A stretch of 64,000 bases of DNA from UHGV virus genome UHGV-1368455, one strand, 5' to 3'. This document shows, in pieces, positions 27,601 through 35,783 of the stretch (the first letter of the stretch is position 1; the number at the start of each line of letters is the position of its first letter). The notes below the pieces were generated by a model that saw only the letters and a list, made by a program, of their open reading frames with translations, was not told the origin of the DNA and made no database searches. The position numbers and the translations under genes are program-made. This DNA comes from a virus.

Positions 27601-29469
27601 TATCTTACTCCATCAGATGTTAACTTTAGTACTTATGGTTATGCTGAACAACATATTACTGAACTTGGAGATTTCACTGATTTCTTTACTAATCTGCCTT
27701 ATCTTTCATCACTAAATAATATATTCAACTTTACATATAATAATTATAGTACTATTAAACTTCCTACTTCCATTGTTAATGTAAATAATGCGTTCAATGG
27801 TAATGCAACAGGAGTTATTGATTTGAAAGTTATCTTTGCAGGATGTACTAAATTACAAACTATTTATTACTCTTTTGCTGGTTCAGTAAATAATTCTTAT
27901 AATCGTTCTCAACCTGAATTTCCTATTACAAGCGATATGTTTGCTGGTTTTCCTAATCTTATTGGAGTTGGTTATAATCCAAATGATACTCAACAAGGAA
28001 ACAAGAGTACATTTTCATTTAAGGGAGCAAGACATTATATAAATCAATCTACTTATCCCGAAGATATACTTGCTAATAATCCTAATATTAAAGTATTTAG
28101 TGGTATATTCTATAACTGTGAAAGTAAGAGTTTTGGAAGTGTTCCTAAAATACCTGGAAATATGTTTATCAATAGTACTAAACTTGAAAATGTTGCTTGT
28201 TTGTTCTATAATGCTAATTTCCCAGCTACTCTTTCTCCTAATGGATTTATAAATTGTCCTCAACTTAATAATGTATTTAGCTTTGTTCGTCACGACCCTG
28301 TTAAAGATAAAAACAGTCGTAGTCAAATAACTGGTGAAATACCGTATAAGTTCTTCTATCATGGCGCTAATGATTCTACCAAAACTGTTTATGGTACTAA
28401 TCAAGTTGATAAACCAGATGAGGAATTTGACATTGAACAAGATTTACAATCTACTCAAGTAACAAGTGTTTCTCCTATATTCGGTATTACTGATATAAGT
28501 TATGCTTTTGCAGGTTGTATAAATCTTTCTTATTATGAAAATGCTGAAAATCAAGATATTATAGAAAATAATCCTGATTATGCTCCTTATAAATGGTTAT
28601 ATAATAAGATTTCTAAAACTTGGTCTGAAAATACTGAAACAAAAGAAAAAATAGCTTATTGGGGATATAATGGCGACCCTTCTACTCAAAACGATACTTA
28701 TAAATATCTTGAAGACGATGATATAACAGTTCCTACAATAAATGATATTGCTAATAAAGTTCAAAACATTCATTACATGTGTCCGCCGGATTTGCTTCGA
28801 TATTGTAATATAAATGCTAATGTTGAAGGACTTTTCTATTATGCAGGTCTTGACATTCCTACTTATGGAATAATTAACTCTGATGAGAATTATCAATCTG
28901 CTGGTATTAATGGACGTATAGTTCCTTATCTGTTAAAACCTGTTCCTAATATTACTTCTATTTATAATATGTTTACTTATTGTAGACGTCTTAGTAGTTA
29001 TATTAAAGAAGGTACTATTTATCAAATACCTGCTGATTTCTTTAGTTATGCGACTGGTATTACTAATCTTAGAAGTGCATTTCAAGGTCTTGATTTTGCT
29101 AATGGTACTAATCTTGCAGTGTTTAATGCTCTAAAGAATAGTCTTGATATTCGTAAGATATTTGCTATGTGTAGATATTGTATATCTACTACAGGTAGTA
29201 TTAAACAAACTGTTAATAATGTATTTAGTAATAATACTATTAGTATGCTCACAGGTGCATTCTCAGAAAATGATATAAATCTGAGCGGAAATTATAACGG
29301 TAGTATAAAAGAATATTGGACTATTGATAATGGTAATGTAGTAACTGCTAATAATAATTTTAATTCTACTAAGATACCTACTACACAATATATTAGTTAT
29401 GTATATTATGGTTGGGGTACAAATGCTAATGATAGTGCTATTCCTAATATTAGTAATAATTATAATTAA
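21694..29469 (+). CDS. giant 2591-aa tail/adhesin-like protein with Gly-Ser linker and two types of leucine-rich repeat (internalin-like at about 26200-26650, BspA-like at about 27600-29200)
   Basis: HGGGGSGGSGGSGGGPS linker; repeats LxxLxLxxN with TGCTKL/TGCSKL; BspA-type FAGCTKLQTIYYSFAGS and FAGCINLS. Confidence 0.55.
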   Translation: MGNIKVKGSNGKWKVVASSNAKGIAATNSKFQHEENTIPNVDSVLENHEDRVSKLERNVSWLAKHGGGGSGGSGGSGGGPSIAEATCKIVVNSVESGGDVILDNNGLTINLQEISVQATRAWTITIRVGSVQVASGNASYVSPILSIPFSTISNALTNHTGNMYIIASYEDENNGIYGSASWNGTVTESVVNLSAENVSVGLTEDGDLETDISINYSYSVGIIGDYTLKIDAVKDGSTVATKTYPITIIDTNVNNFSVRVKELLSRLDVGVYNISSQLYYNSNSAVQNTIRTTLTLVSKNILISSNIMSESQEEPIEVNLSGSINLVWTAYLQGAATFQYNYKINETTIKEDAIGYFGQQINDFVSVINKEWAVENQIVPLVITVKSGSDTATKTYYFKFVKSKDVFLAKSTTSKGHLLSEFLARSYNNDEQSFAMSNSEYLIGGSKNIVTSQIDMFNKSNLVGIKSSASNPPYLRISNGTHATLSKFNIGGTERNLSDIISSANGDFTISISFKADYHPDDQRTILVCGNVDSSTGEIITGLEIDVHDVYINTASQLRLTDNNINNIDIVCVHSDDDYIDSSGELKKERHYIIKIYLEGALSAVTNLSTFPNLSDIIYLGGKVYGDDNESGWLCDCNIYNLQVYDYALTDFDIVTNYINNKVSTTYKDGEFDFSIIDVELRKNFCERTSDGVVRSYIYQNGAYTVDFLLDGPNLSEEKLNQYAKAVGISVMLIDVSTDDSWTFENFVNQQSADNVQLPATSGKTISYWDPTQQNTTVLQVHNSTIELQGTSTLADAVKNINITIPNDTAFIPRSTWLPEQTYTLKADVVDSSHSNNASIGRFINTVLKDYFPSDPIAVDNVENSEYVKNQQPTATLKHTVEGFPILLIMNFHTTETSKVSTTPLGIYSFNLGRDAFRNLGFRKVNQITDNLGAKINVTTFPFLAEGCTYDEDDSNANWIEIKDTTSLADMSKIEGSSLPANFDSSVGDFWQNDDTILDQRYEVRYPQGRQVSNYTTFKNFVGTVMSLPMEGLYVTKDRIGNVDRPEITTEYDLYRYENGYIKTGKKQQIITDVNQLAALGFNATSMYKYFVIANFFGLADNFGKNSTFRSWQNGDYYIGFYDMDTALGGGNQGTLSIEPNMWMKYLKNQILEDKNYGFVAETFNSDDELRLSNTVFSANHNKLWLSMDTTLMRSKVNITEVAGTSAYSYYWDDFRETIYNKANDAGYKDIAEYFVNEFYLKQTGDCGPLLFNLDYKLKYLVQFTDDKYSNTKHLSKLHGRKAAYTLDWLRKHILFLDSVFYWRNTTQKFNYPNDVNCKMSSTVYNTPEYIPIKSNADIIIYHNVGNATQTYYYLPKNKTVYVDAGNNNSDSEVTWGCTNSSQIIEIGDADNPLSLMNIYKLSHTNTELYINNPGLTAMTELNLKDSNSLAAPFGLDSFQPEIGVSEIRTLNFANTISRLIQGSRPTFTLELVKHLAGGETDTKFTKLREIDISNSQCVSDITIPSIPLKHLAVYNSALTNLNLDNQNYIENVDLTGCTKLITITIKECELYKEFNVSNLNNLQEVNIVNNPNIESIIINACSNLQKVTIQNNSKLKTIRITGCSKLTGTSGTNYLTITDNIALTTLDLQNNTALTTFTISNSNQANISSLILKWTSLKYIQGDGVDTSLLDLRKFTYGSGIDLSGNSAVVEIQYLNDKSKPITIAGDFQNCKKLKRIYGNLILKPVSGPLGDGMFRGCENFSVHGDDYRCLGPAKWNNKDTRDDSNRVKTIWEILSNSIDNKLTNPEKDTTRPYSKIAWDNSYVAGDKVTNFKMGNTNYSYMFYRTHITQFDVYYILFVMALTSPNNFSLNGTFSGLVRKSTDEENPEYQIFRWSNTDNNIMNRFTFYKCDKLTSYGEPFAGGNTYILSPEDDYPIEDDEDNGVFSPLINLTSGYRLFTYGSISCSNKVYRKTNGDYKISRLSYQECAYLTPSDVNFSTYGYAEQHITELGDFTDFFTNLPYLSSLNNIFNFTYNNYSTIKLPTSIVNVNNAFNGNATGVIDLKVIFAGCTKLQTIYYSFAGSVNNSYNRSQPEFPITSDMFAGFPNLIGVGYNPNDTQQGNKSTFSFKGARHYINQSTYPEDILANNPNIKVFSGIFYNCESKSFGSVPKIPGNMFINSTKLENVACLFYNANFPATLSPNGFINCPQLNNVFSFVRHDPVKDKNSRSQITGEIPYKFFYHGANDSTKTVYGTNQVDKPDEEFDIEQDLQSTQVTSVSPIFGITDISYAFAGCINLSYYENAENQDIIENNPDYAPYKWLYNKISKTWSENTETKEKIAYWGYNGDPSTQNDTYKYLEDDDITVPTINDIANKVQNIHYMCPPDLLRYCNINANVEGLFYYAGLDIPTYGIINSDENYQSAGINGRIVPYLLKPVPNITSIYNMFTYCRRLSSYIKEGTIYQIPADFFSYATGITNLRSAFQGLDFANGTNLAVFNALKNSLDIRKIFAMCRYCISTTGSIKQTVNNVFSNNTISMLTGAFSENDINLSGNYNGSIKEYWTIDNGNVVTANNNFNSTKIPTTQYISYVYYGWGTNANDSAIPNISNNYN
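23292..23307 (+). repeat. dispersed motif copy, variant TTCCTCTACGGGGGAG (in-frame SSTGE)
   Basis: Read from sequence; one C short of the consensus. Confidence 0.85.
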
Positions 29470-29509
29470 TTTATTGCTATTAGTAATAATAATAGAAACC
29501 GATGTATGA

Positions 29510-29529
29510 TTATCCCTCTACGGGGTAGC
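29510..29529 (+). promoter_or_regulatory. intergenic motif copy (T variant) TTATCCCTCTACGGGGTAGC
   Basis: In the 270-bp intergenic region after the giant gene. Confidence 0.5.
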
Positions 29530-29671
29530 TCAGCAACTATAACGACATTAATGGTATTAGCTATTTAGAGCTGCTATAATGTTTTAGTATGGTAGGCTTA
29601 TAACTTAATCAAGTATTAACTAACAACCGTTGACAAAGCTAAAATCAGCTTAGTTGTTTTAGCTCGTTGGG

Positions 29672-29686
29672 CTTCCCCGTAGGGAG
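29672..29686 (-). promoter_or_regulatory. degenerate inverted motif copy CTTCCCCGTAGGGAG in the same intergenic region
   Basis: Reverse-orientation variant 145 bp downstream of the 29510 copy. Confidence 0.4.
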
Positions 29687-29739
29687 ATGATTGTACTCAA
29701 CTTGATATTGCAATTAATAATCAATATATAGTTAACGAT

Positions 29740-30351
29740 ATGAATTTTAATCATTTTTTAGATAGAATTGATGATATAAATCTTTCTCTTGACCAAAAGA
29801 AAAGATTATTTGATGTTATTAATAATGTTGTAAAAGATAATATTCCTGAACAAAAAGATGATTTCAAGCAATTTATATTACAAAATTTTGGCAAACCTGT
29901 ATATATTAATTTTGAAAGAATTATTGGAGTAAATAATGATACTGGAGTATTATATAAAAATAGTAATAAAACTATTTCTGTACAAGAATACGGAAAAGAA
30001 AAAGTTAATTATACTATTAATGTAGAAGGAAATACTAATAAAAATAAATGGATATTTATTGGTAATGTAAGTGGAATGTATGGTAAGTTTATTAAATATA
30101 AAGGTTCTATAACACAGAAACAAGAAATAACTTTTAGAAATGTTTTTGGTCGTACTTGGGAAGGTTTTGCTGAATATTCTCCTAATAGTCCTATAAAGCT
30201 TGGAGATACTTTATTAGTTAATGGAAAAATAACGAATGGTGAGAATTATTTTTCTTTTAATAATTGTATAAAACTTGGAGAAGATTTAGTTATTACTAAT
30301 GTGAATAATGCTTTAATACTAAAAAATCCTTGTTATATAGAAACTGAATAA
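29740..30351 (+). CDS. hypothetical protein (203 aa), tail-associated by position
   Basis: ORF immediately upstream of the tail fibre gene. Confidence 0.45.
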   Translation: MNFNHFLDRIDDINLSLDQKKRLFDVINNVVKDNIPEQKDDFKQFILQNFGKPVYINFERIIGVNNDTGVLYKNSNKTISVQEYGKEKVNYTINVEGNTNKNKWIFIGNVSGMYGKFIKYKGSITQKQEITFRNVFGRTWEGFAEYSPNSPIKLGDTLLVNGKITNGENYFSFNNCIKLGEDLVITNVNNALILKNPCYIETE

Positions 30352-30352
30352 T

Positions 30353-33300
30353 ATGGCTAATAAACCTATGCGACAACTTGTTGCTGGTAGTAAACTTAGT
30401 CCTTTCTACCCTAAGCAACTTATGCAAAATGTCCTTAACGGTGAAAATGGTGAAAATCTTTATGCTTATCTTTCACAATTTAATCATATTAATGTAGGAT
30501 ATGTTGCTGATAAAATTTCTGCTCGTAATGCCATTCCTGATATAATGCGTAAAAATGGTTTATATATTACTTATTATATTAATAATAAACCTACTACTGA
30601 GATATTCGTTGGTGATAAAATTCAAGCCGGTACTAAATCTGAATGGATTAAAGATGAACTTTGGGAATTTCATGACGGTATTGGTAGTATTGAAAAACAT
30701 AGTATTACACTTGAAGATTTAAGTCAAGAAGTTATTAATTTGCTTGCTCAAGGAAATAATACTATTACTAATCAACCTGATGGTGAAGATTTAACACAAG
30801 TTGATATTTCTACTGAATTAGGTAAACCTCTTAATGTTTTAAAGTTTGCTAATAAAGTATATTCAAAAGCTAATTTTACTGGACTTGGACGTACTTATCT
30901 TCGTAAGAATATTGTAGATAATAATAATATTCTTACACAAGATATGATTAATGAACAAAATACTCGTTATATTATTCAATATGCTTATGATTTAAATGGT
31001 ATTACTATTAATATACCTGCTAATGTTGTTCTCGAATTTCAAGGTGGTAGTTTTACTAATGGTACTATTAATTGTGACGATACAATTATTATGACTTATG
31101 ATAAAGATTGGGTCAATGTTACTATTCAAGGTAGTTATTTCTTCTTTGGTTGGAATGATAATATACAACAAATTGAAATAGCTAATAATCTTACTACTAA
31201 TGAACCAAGTAAAGCTCTTAGTGCAGCACAAGGAGTTGAACTTAAAAAACTTATTGATAATATACGTCCTACTGAAAAACCTGCACAACCTGTTCTTGGA
31301 CAACTTTGGTATGACACTGATAGTAATGTTCTTACATATTGGAATGGTTCTAAATGGATTAGTCTTAATGAATTTGTAGATAAGAATGTGAATGCAGAAG
31401 TAACTGATGTTGAAAGTGTAGAGTCAACAGAAGAAGCTGAAGCTACTGTTAGTATTGAAAATAATATTTTTAAGTTTGGTTTTAAGATACCTAAAGGTGC
31501 TAAAGGAGATACTGGAGAACAAGGCGAAAAAGGTGAAACTGGTGATATTGGACCTGAAGGTCCTCAAGGTCCTCCTGGACAAGATGGACATGATGGAACT
31601 AATGGTAGAGACGGTGTAAGCCCTACTCTTCCTAATTATAGTATATATCGTTATTGTAAATCTGATAGCAAACCTGCTGCTCCTACAGGTACTTCTCAAA
31701 GTCCTTCCGGTTGGACTGATATACCAAATGATGTTGGTAATTGGTGGCAATGTGTTGGTGAAGTGAATGGAGCAACTGGAACAGTTATTCAATGGGGCGA
31801 AGTTCTACCATTAAATGGACGTGATGGTACTAATGGTAGAGACGGTGTAAGCCCTACTCTTCCTAATTATAGTATATATCGTTATTGTAAATCTGATAGC
31901 AAACCTGCTGCTCCTACAGGTACTTCTCAAAGTCCTTCCGGTTGGACTGATATACCAAATGATGTTGGTAATTGGTGGCAATGTGTTGGTGAAGTGAATG
32001 GAGCAACTGGAACAGTTATTCAATGGGGCGAAGTTCTACCATTAAATGGACGTGATGGTACTAATGGTAGAGACGGTCGTTATACTGAAATGAGATTTGC
32101 AGTTAATACTAATAGAACTAAATATCCTACTATTGATAGAAGTGTTCGTACACCAAGTGGTTGGACTCTTGCAGCTCCAACTGTTAGCGATGGTCAATAT
32201 CTTTGGATGACTACTGCTGTTGTTAATCCGAACGATACTCTTTATACTAATTGGAATATTCCTGTTTGCATCAGTGGTCCTCAAGGAGCTACTGGAGAAA
32301 CAGGTCCTGCTGGTAATCCTGGTCAACCGGGTTCTCAAGGAGCTACTGGTATTCCTGGAGTTAGCTTTGAAATTAGATATTGTGAAGGAGATAAAAATGA
32401 ACCTCAATTTCATGTAAATAATATTGATTATGAACAATATTGGCCTAAAAATATTAGTGACCTCGAATTAAATGAAAAATATCCTTATATTTGGTGTTGT
32501 CAAGGTAGTAAAGTTTATTCAGATAATACAGGTACTAAATATACTATTAATTGGGGTACACCATTTAGGTTAAGTGGAACTAATGGAACTGATGGTGTTG
32601 GTGCTGATGGTAAAAAAGGACAAATAATTTATCCTGCTGGCATTTATAATGTTAATACAGCATACGTTACTGATGAAAATAAAGCTCCTTATGTCCTCGA
32701 TAATACTGATGGTAATTATTATGTACTTAATGCTATAATGAGTTGGAAAGGTACTGAACATGATAATCTTACTCCTTCTCAAGACTATGCTATTAATCAT
32801 GGAAAGTATTGGCTTAAATTTGATGGATTTAATGCTGTATATGCTAAAATTGGAATTATAACTAATGGTCTTATTGGTTCTGCTGTATTTAATGGAGATT
32901 GGATGTTTAGTCAACAAGGTATTAATCAAAGCGGTAGTTTATCTACTGACTATCAACTTTTTAATCCTAATTCTCCTTATTCTTCTGATAATCAATTTAG
33001 ACCAAATATAGCTATAAATTTTAAAACTGGTGAAGTATATATGGCTCATGATAACTTTTATTGTGATACGAATGGAAATGTTACAATAAAAGGTATCAAT
33101 GCTCAAGGCGGAGTATTTACAAATAGTGATGATAATATTACTTTACCAGAAGTTCCAGATAATACATCAGTTGTTCTAAGATATACTTTTGCTAATATTA
33201 CTCGTTTAGGAATTACTAAACATATTGTACTCGGAGATGCTCCTGATAAAATAATACAATCAAAATATGATTTTTCTAAAAAAGTAAATTATGCTAAAGT

Positions 33301-33502
33301 TGATACTGACAATACTGATTTAACATTGCCTCATGGTTATGGATACGTAGAATTTGTTGGTGTTAGAGCAGATTCTCAAACAGAATGGTATATAACGATA
33401 TATAATTTTGGTATGAAACTTGGTGCTACTAATAATATTAGTCCAGCTTATGTTCTTACTCCTTATATTAATGATACATACGTTGTAACTGCTAATACTT
33501 AA
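30353..33502 (+). CDS. tail fibre protein with collagen-like G-X-Y repeats and a duplicated 77-aa module
   Basis: GAKGDTGEQGEKGETGDIGPEGPQGPPGQDGHDG, and later GPQGATGETGPAGNPGQPGSQGATGIPG. Confidence 0.65.
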   Translation: MANKPMRQLVAGSKLSPFYPKQLMQNVLNGENGENLYAYLSQFNHINVGYVADKISARNAIPDIMRKNGLYITYYINNKPTTEIFVGDKIQAGTKSEWIKDELWEFHDGIGSIEKHSITLEDLSQEVINLLAQGNNTITNQPDGEDLTQVDISTELGKPLNVLKFANKVYSKANFTGLGRTYLRKNIVDNNNILTQDMINEQNTRYIIQYAYDLNGITINIPANVVLEFQGGSFTNGTINCDDTIIMTYDKDWVNVTIQGSYFFFGWNDNIQQIEIANNLTTNEPSKALSAAQGVELKKLIDNIRPTEKPAQPVLGQLWYDTDSNVLTYWNGSKWISLNEFVDKNVNAEVTDVESVESTEEAEATVSIENNIFKFGFKIPKGAKGDTGEQGEKGETGDIGPEGPQGPPGQDGHDGTNGRDGVSPTLPNYSIYRYCKSDSKPAAPTGTSQSPSGWTDIPNDVGNWWQCVGEVNGATGTVIQWGEVLPLNGRDGTNGRDGVSPTLPNYSIYRYCKSDSKPAAPTGTSQSPSGWTDIPNDVGNWWQCVGEVNGATGTVIQWGEVLPLNGRDGTNGRDGRYTEMRFAVNTNRTKYPTIDRSVRTPSGWTLAAPTVSDGQYLWMTTAVVNPNDTLYTNWNIPVCISGPQGATGETGPAGNPGQPGSQGATGIPGVSFEIRYCEGDKNEPQFHVNNIDYEQYWPKNISDLELNEKYPYIWCCQGSKVYSDNTGTKYTINWGTPFRLSGTNGTDGVGADGKKGQIIYPAGIYNVNTAYVTDENKAPYVLDNTDGNYYVLNAIMSWKGTEHDNLTPSQDYAINHGKYWLKFDGFNAVYAKIGIITNGLIGSAVFNGDWMFSQQGINQSGSLSTDYQLFNPNSPYSSDNQFRPNIAINFKTGEVYMAHDNFYCDTNGNVTIKGINAQGGVFTNSDDNITLPEVPDNTSVVLRYTFANITRLGITKHIVLGDAPDKIIQSKYDFSKKVNYAKVDTDNTDLTLPHGYGYVEFVGVRADSQTEWYITIYNFGMKLGATNNISPAYVLTPYINDTYVVTANT
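31583..32077 (+). repeat. 231-bp tandem repeat, about 2.1 copies; 31598-31828 and 31829-32059 are identical at the DNA level
   Basis: Line-by-line comparison of the two copies is identical; the minus-strand ORF track shows duplicated peptides. Confidence 0.85.
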
Positions 33503-33506
33503 AAAT

Positions 33507-33815
33507 ATGGAACAAATAATTGCTCAATTAATAAACAATTTCGATTTCGCATTAATGCTAATATTAAATGTGATTACATATATAGCTATTAAGATATTAG
33601 ACGAAATAAATAAGGAAAAAAATGTTACTACTTGGCAAAAAAGACTTATATTTGTAGTGTCGGCTGTTATAGTCGGCACTATATACTATTTTGCTTCTGA
33701 TGTTAAGTTTATTAAAATTATTGATAGTATTATTATTGCTCCTGTTGCTTGGAGTTGGTTAGCTAAACCTATTGCCCATAAAATGGGTATTGATTATCGT
33801 AAAATATATAAATAA
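33507..33815 (+). CDS. small membrane protein with 3 predicted TM helices (holin-like topology)
   Basis: Three hydrophobic stretches in 102 aa; basic C-terminus. Confidence 0.4.
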   Translation: MEQIIAQLINNFDFALMLILNVITYIAIKILDEINKEKNVTTWQKRLIFVVSAVIVGTIYYFASDVKFIKIIDSIIIAPVAWSWLAKPIAHKMGIDYRKIYK

Positions 33816-33818
33816 ATT

Positions 33819-34541
33819 ATGACTGAAGATTATCTTAAAACCATTGTCCAATACCTTATCAAAATAGTTAATAATAATGGTGTTTCTGATAAAGGTATTT
33901 CAGAAAAATTAGATGAAGTTATTACTGCTGTTTCTAATATTAAAATTTCAGCTGAAAGTGTCAATCTTAATACTGATGAGGTTGAAGCTAAATTAGATAC
34001 TCTTAATCAATCTATTATTAATAATGGAGATAACGCTGGCATTATAGAAAAACTTACAGATTTAGGAACAAAACTTGATACTATTAAAGCGACTATTGAT
34101 GTTCTTAAAACTAATATTGAATCTGTTGATACTCATATACAGTCGAATACACAAGCTCTTAATAATGCTGCTGGAGATATTAATACTCGTCTTGATAATA
34201 TTGATACACATATACAAAGTTTAACACAAGCTTTGAATAATGGCATTGGTGTTGTTAATGAGAAACAAGATGCAACTAATAATAATATAATTTCTATGTC
34301 TCAAAAGATGCTTGTATCAGGTATTATCAATCCTACTCATATAGCTGCTGTTGCCGCTGGTGATACAACATTTGACCAACATGTAGTTCTCTGTAATATT
34401 ACTAATGATAATATAAGTGTAACAATTATGGCAGCTGATGATAGTCAAAATACAACTATTATTCTTGCTCCTGGCTGGAATCCTGTTGTAGTTAAATCTA
34501 TTACTGGTGCCGTTGAAAATACTTTAGTTTATGGCTATTAA
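33819..34541 (+). CDS. fibre-like coiled-coil protein with imperfect tandem repeats (DTHIQS-TQALNN)
   Basis: Repeats NIESVDTHIQSNTQALNNAAGDI / DNIDTHIQSLTQALNNGIG. Confidence 0.45.
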   Translation: MTEDYLKTIVQYLIKIVNNNGVSDKGISEKLDEVITAVSNIKISAESVNLNTDEVEAKLDTLNQSIINNGDNAGIIEKLTDLGTKLDTIKATIDVLKTNIESVDTHIQSNTQALNNAAGDINTRLDNIDTHIQSLTQALNNGIGVVNEKQDATNNNIISMSQKMLVSGIINPTHIAAVAAGDTTFDQHVVLCNITNDNISVTIMAADDSQNTTIILAPGWNPVVVKSITGAVENTLVYGY

Positions 34542-35517
34542 TGCTATTTGTAATGGAATACCTTTTCCAAAAGGAGAAGGTATTTCTTCTTCAATTAAGA
34601 AGGCAATGGTTCTTTGGTATGACCTTAAAAGACAAGGTGCTACTAATGAAACAATGAAAGCTAATCCTAAACTTATAGATTTAAGTGGTAATGGACACGA
34701 TGCTACTTGTTATAATTTTGCTTGGAGTGGAATGAGTAGTATTGGTGGATATGTACAAGTAAATTTTGATGACACTCATACTATACAGAATAATGCAGGA
34801 TGGAAATATTTATTTTCTGTTGCCCAATATGTTCCACAAGAATTTCAAATGAAAGTAATTTGTAAAAATCCACCAATAAAAACAGTTAATATTATTGGAG
34901 CTTGGAATGAAGGATACGAGTCTTTTTCAGAAGTCATTACTACAATAAAAATAAATGAAGTACAAACTATTCCAATATTAAATCTTGACCCTAAATATAA
35001 AAAGATACATATCTCATATAATAATCTTATAGGATATGAAGTAACTACTAAACAAATTCCTGAATATCCTAACACTCTTGTAGCTGATGGTGTAGATGAT
35101 TATGCTTTATGTTCTACGTTACCTACTTTAGATGATTTTACCATTGTAGCGAAAAGGAAAATTTTGAATGATTCATTTTGTTTTGCTTCTGCATCAGATG
35201 TAGTAAATAAGGGGGCTTTTGTTCTTGAAAGTGATTATTCTACCCAATTTATGGTATATTCATTTGGAGCTGGTAATTCTACGTCCAGGGCAGTTGATGA
35301 TATTATTTATATGACACCTACTTCTTATAATGGTACTGCTATTACAAGAGGTACTAATAATGAGGGGAATAACTTAAATTTATTCCGAGTTAGGAATGGT
35401 GATAGCAGATATATGAAAGGTGTATTATACTCTTTCATTCTATTTAACCGTACTCTTACTACTAAAGAAATTAATTGGGTTAAACATAATCTTATTGAAG
35501 GAGATACTGAATTATGA
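34531..35517 (+). CDS. tail fibre/receptor-binding protein with concanavalin-A-like (LamG-type) jelly-roll domain
   Basis: LIDLSGNGHDATCYNFAWSG matches the DxSGNGNHGT signature of LamG-like lectin domains. Confidence 0.5.
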   Translation: MAINAICNGIPFPKGEGISSSIKKAMVLWYDLKRQGATNETMKANPKLIDLSGNGHDATCYNFAWSGMSSIGGYVQVNFDDTHTIQNNAGWKYLFSVAQYVPQEFQMKVICKNPPIKTVNIIGAWNEGYESFSEVITTIKINEVQTIPILNLDPKYKKIHISYNNLIGYEVTTKQIPEYPNTLVADGVDDYALCSTLPTLDDFTIVAKRKILNDSFCFASASDVVNKGAFVLESDYSTQFMVYSFGAGNSTSRAVDDIIYMTPTSYNGTAITRGTNNEGNNLNLFRVRNGDSRYMKGVLYSFILFNRTLTTKEINWVKHNLIEGDTEL

Positions 35518-35780
35518 GATTTATAGTTATTCCTATTGAAGATATGAAAGTTATGTTTACTAAACAAGAACTTTCCACTATGAGAAAATCTATTGATGGT
35601 ACTAAAGTTATTGTTCATGAAGAAGTATTAATTGATAAAAGAAATACTCTTGGTCTTTCTACTTTGCCATCAGAAGATACTGGTATTATTGAATGGACTT
35701 ATCCTACTTATACTTATAATTCGAATGAGTTAAATAATTTATTAAATAGTAAAGAATGGTATAATGAAGTAAATATTTAA
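35514..35780 (+). CDS. hypothetical protein (88 aa)
   Basis: ORF overlapping the upstream stop (ATGA). Confidence 0.4.
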   Translation: MRFIVIPIEDMKVMFTKQELSTMRKSIDGTKVIVHEEVLIDKRNTLGLSTLPSEDTGIIEWTYPTYTYNSNELNNLLNSKEWYNEVNI

Positions 35781-35783
35781 GTT

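Noticed and set aside
31583-32077. Diversity-generating retroelement (template/variable repeat pair) in the fibre gene
   Set aside because: The two copies are identical rather than differing at adenines, they are tandem within one ORF, and no reverse transcriptase (YxDD) ORF is present in the window.
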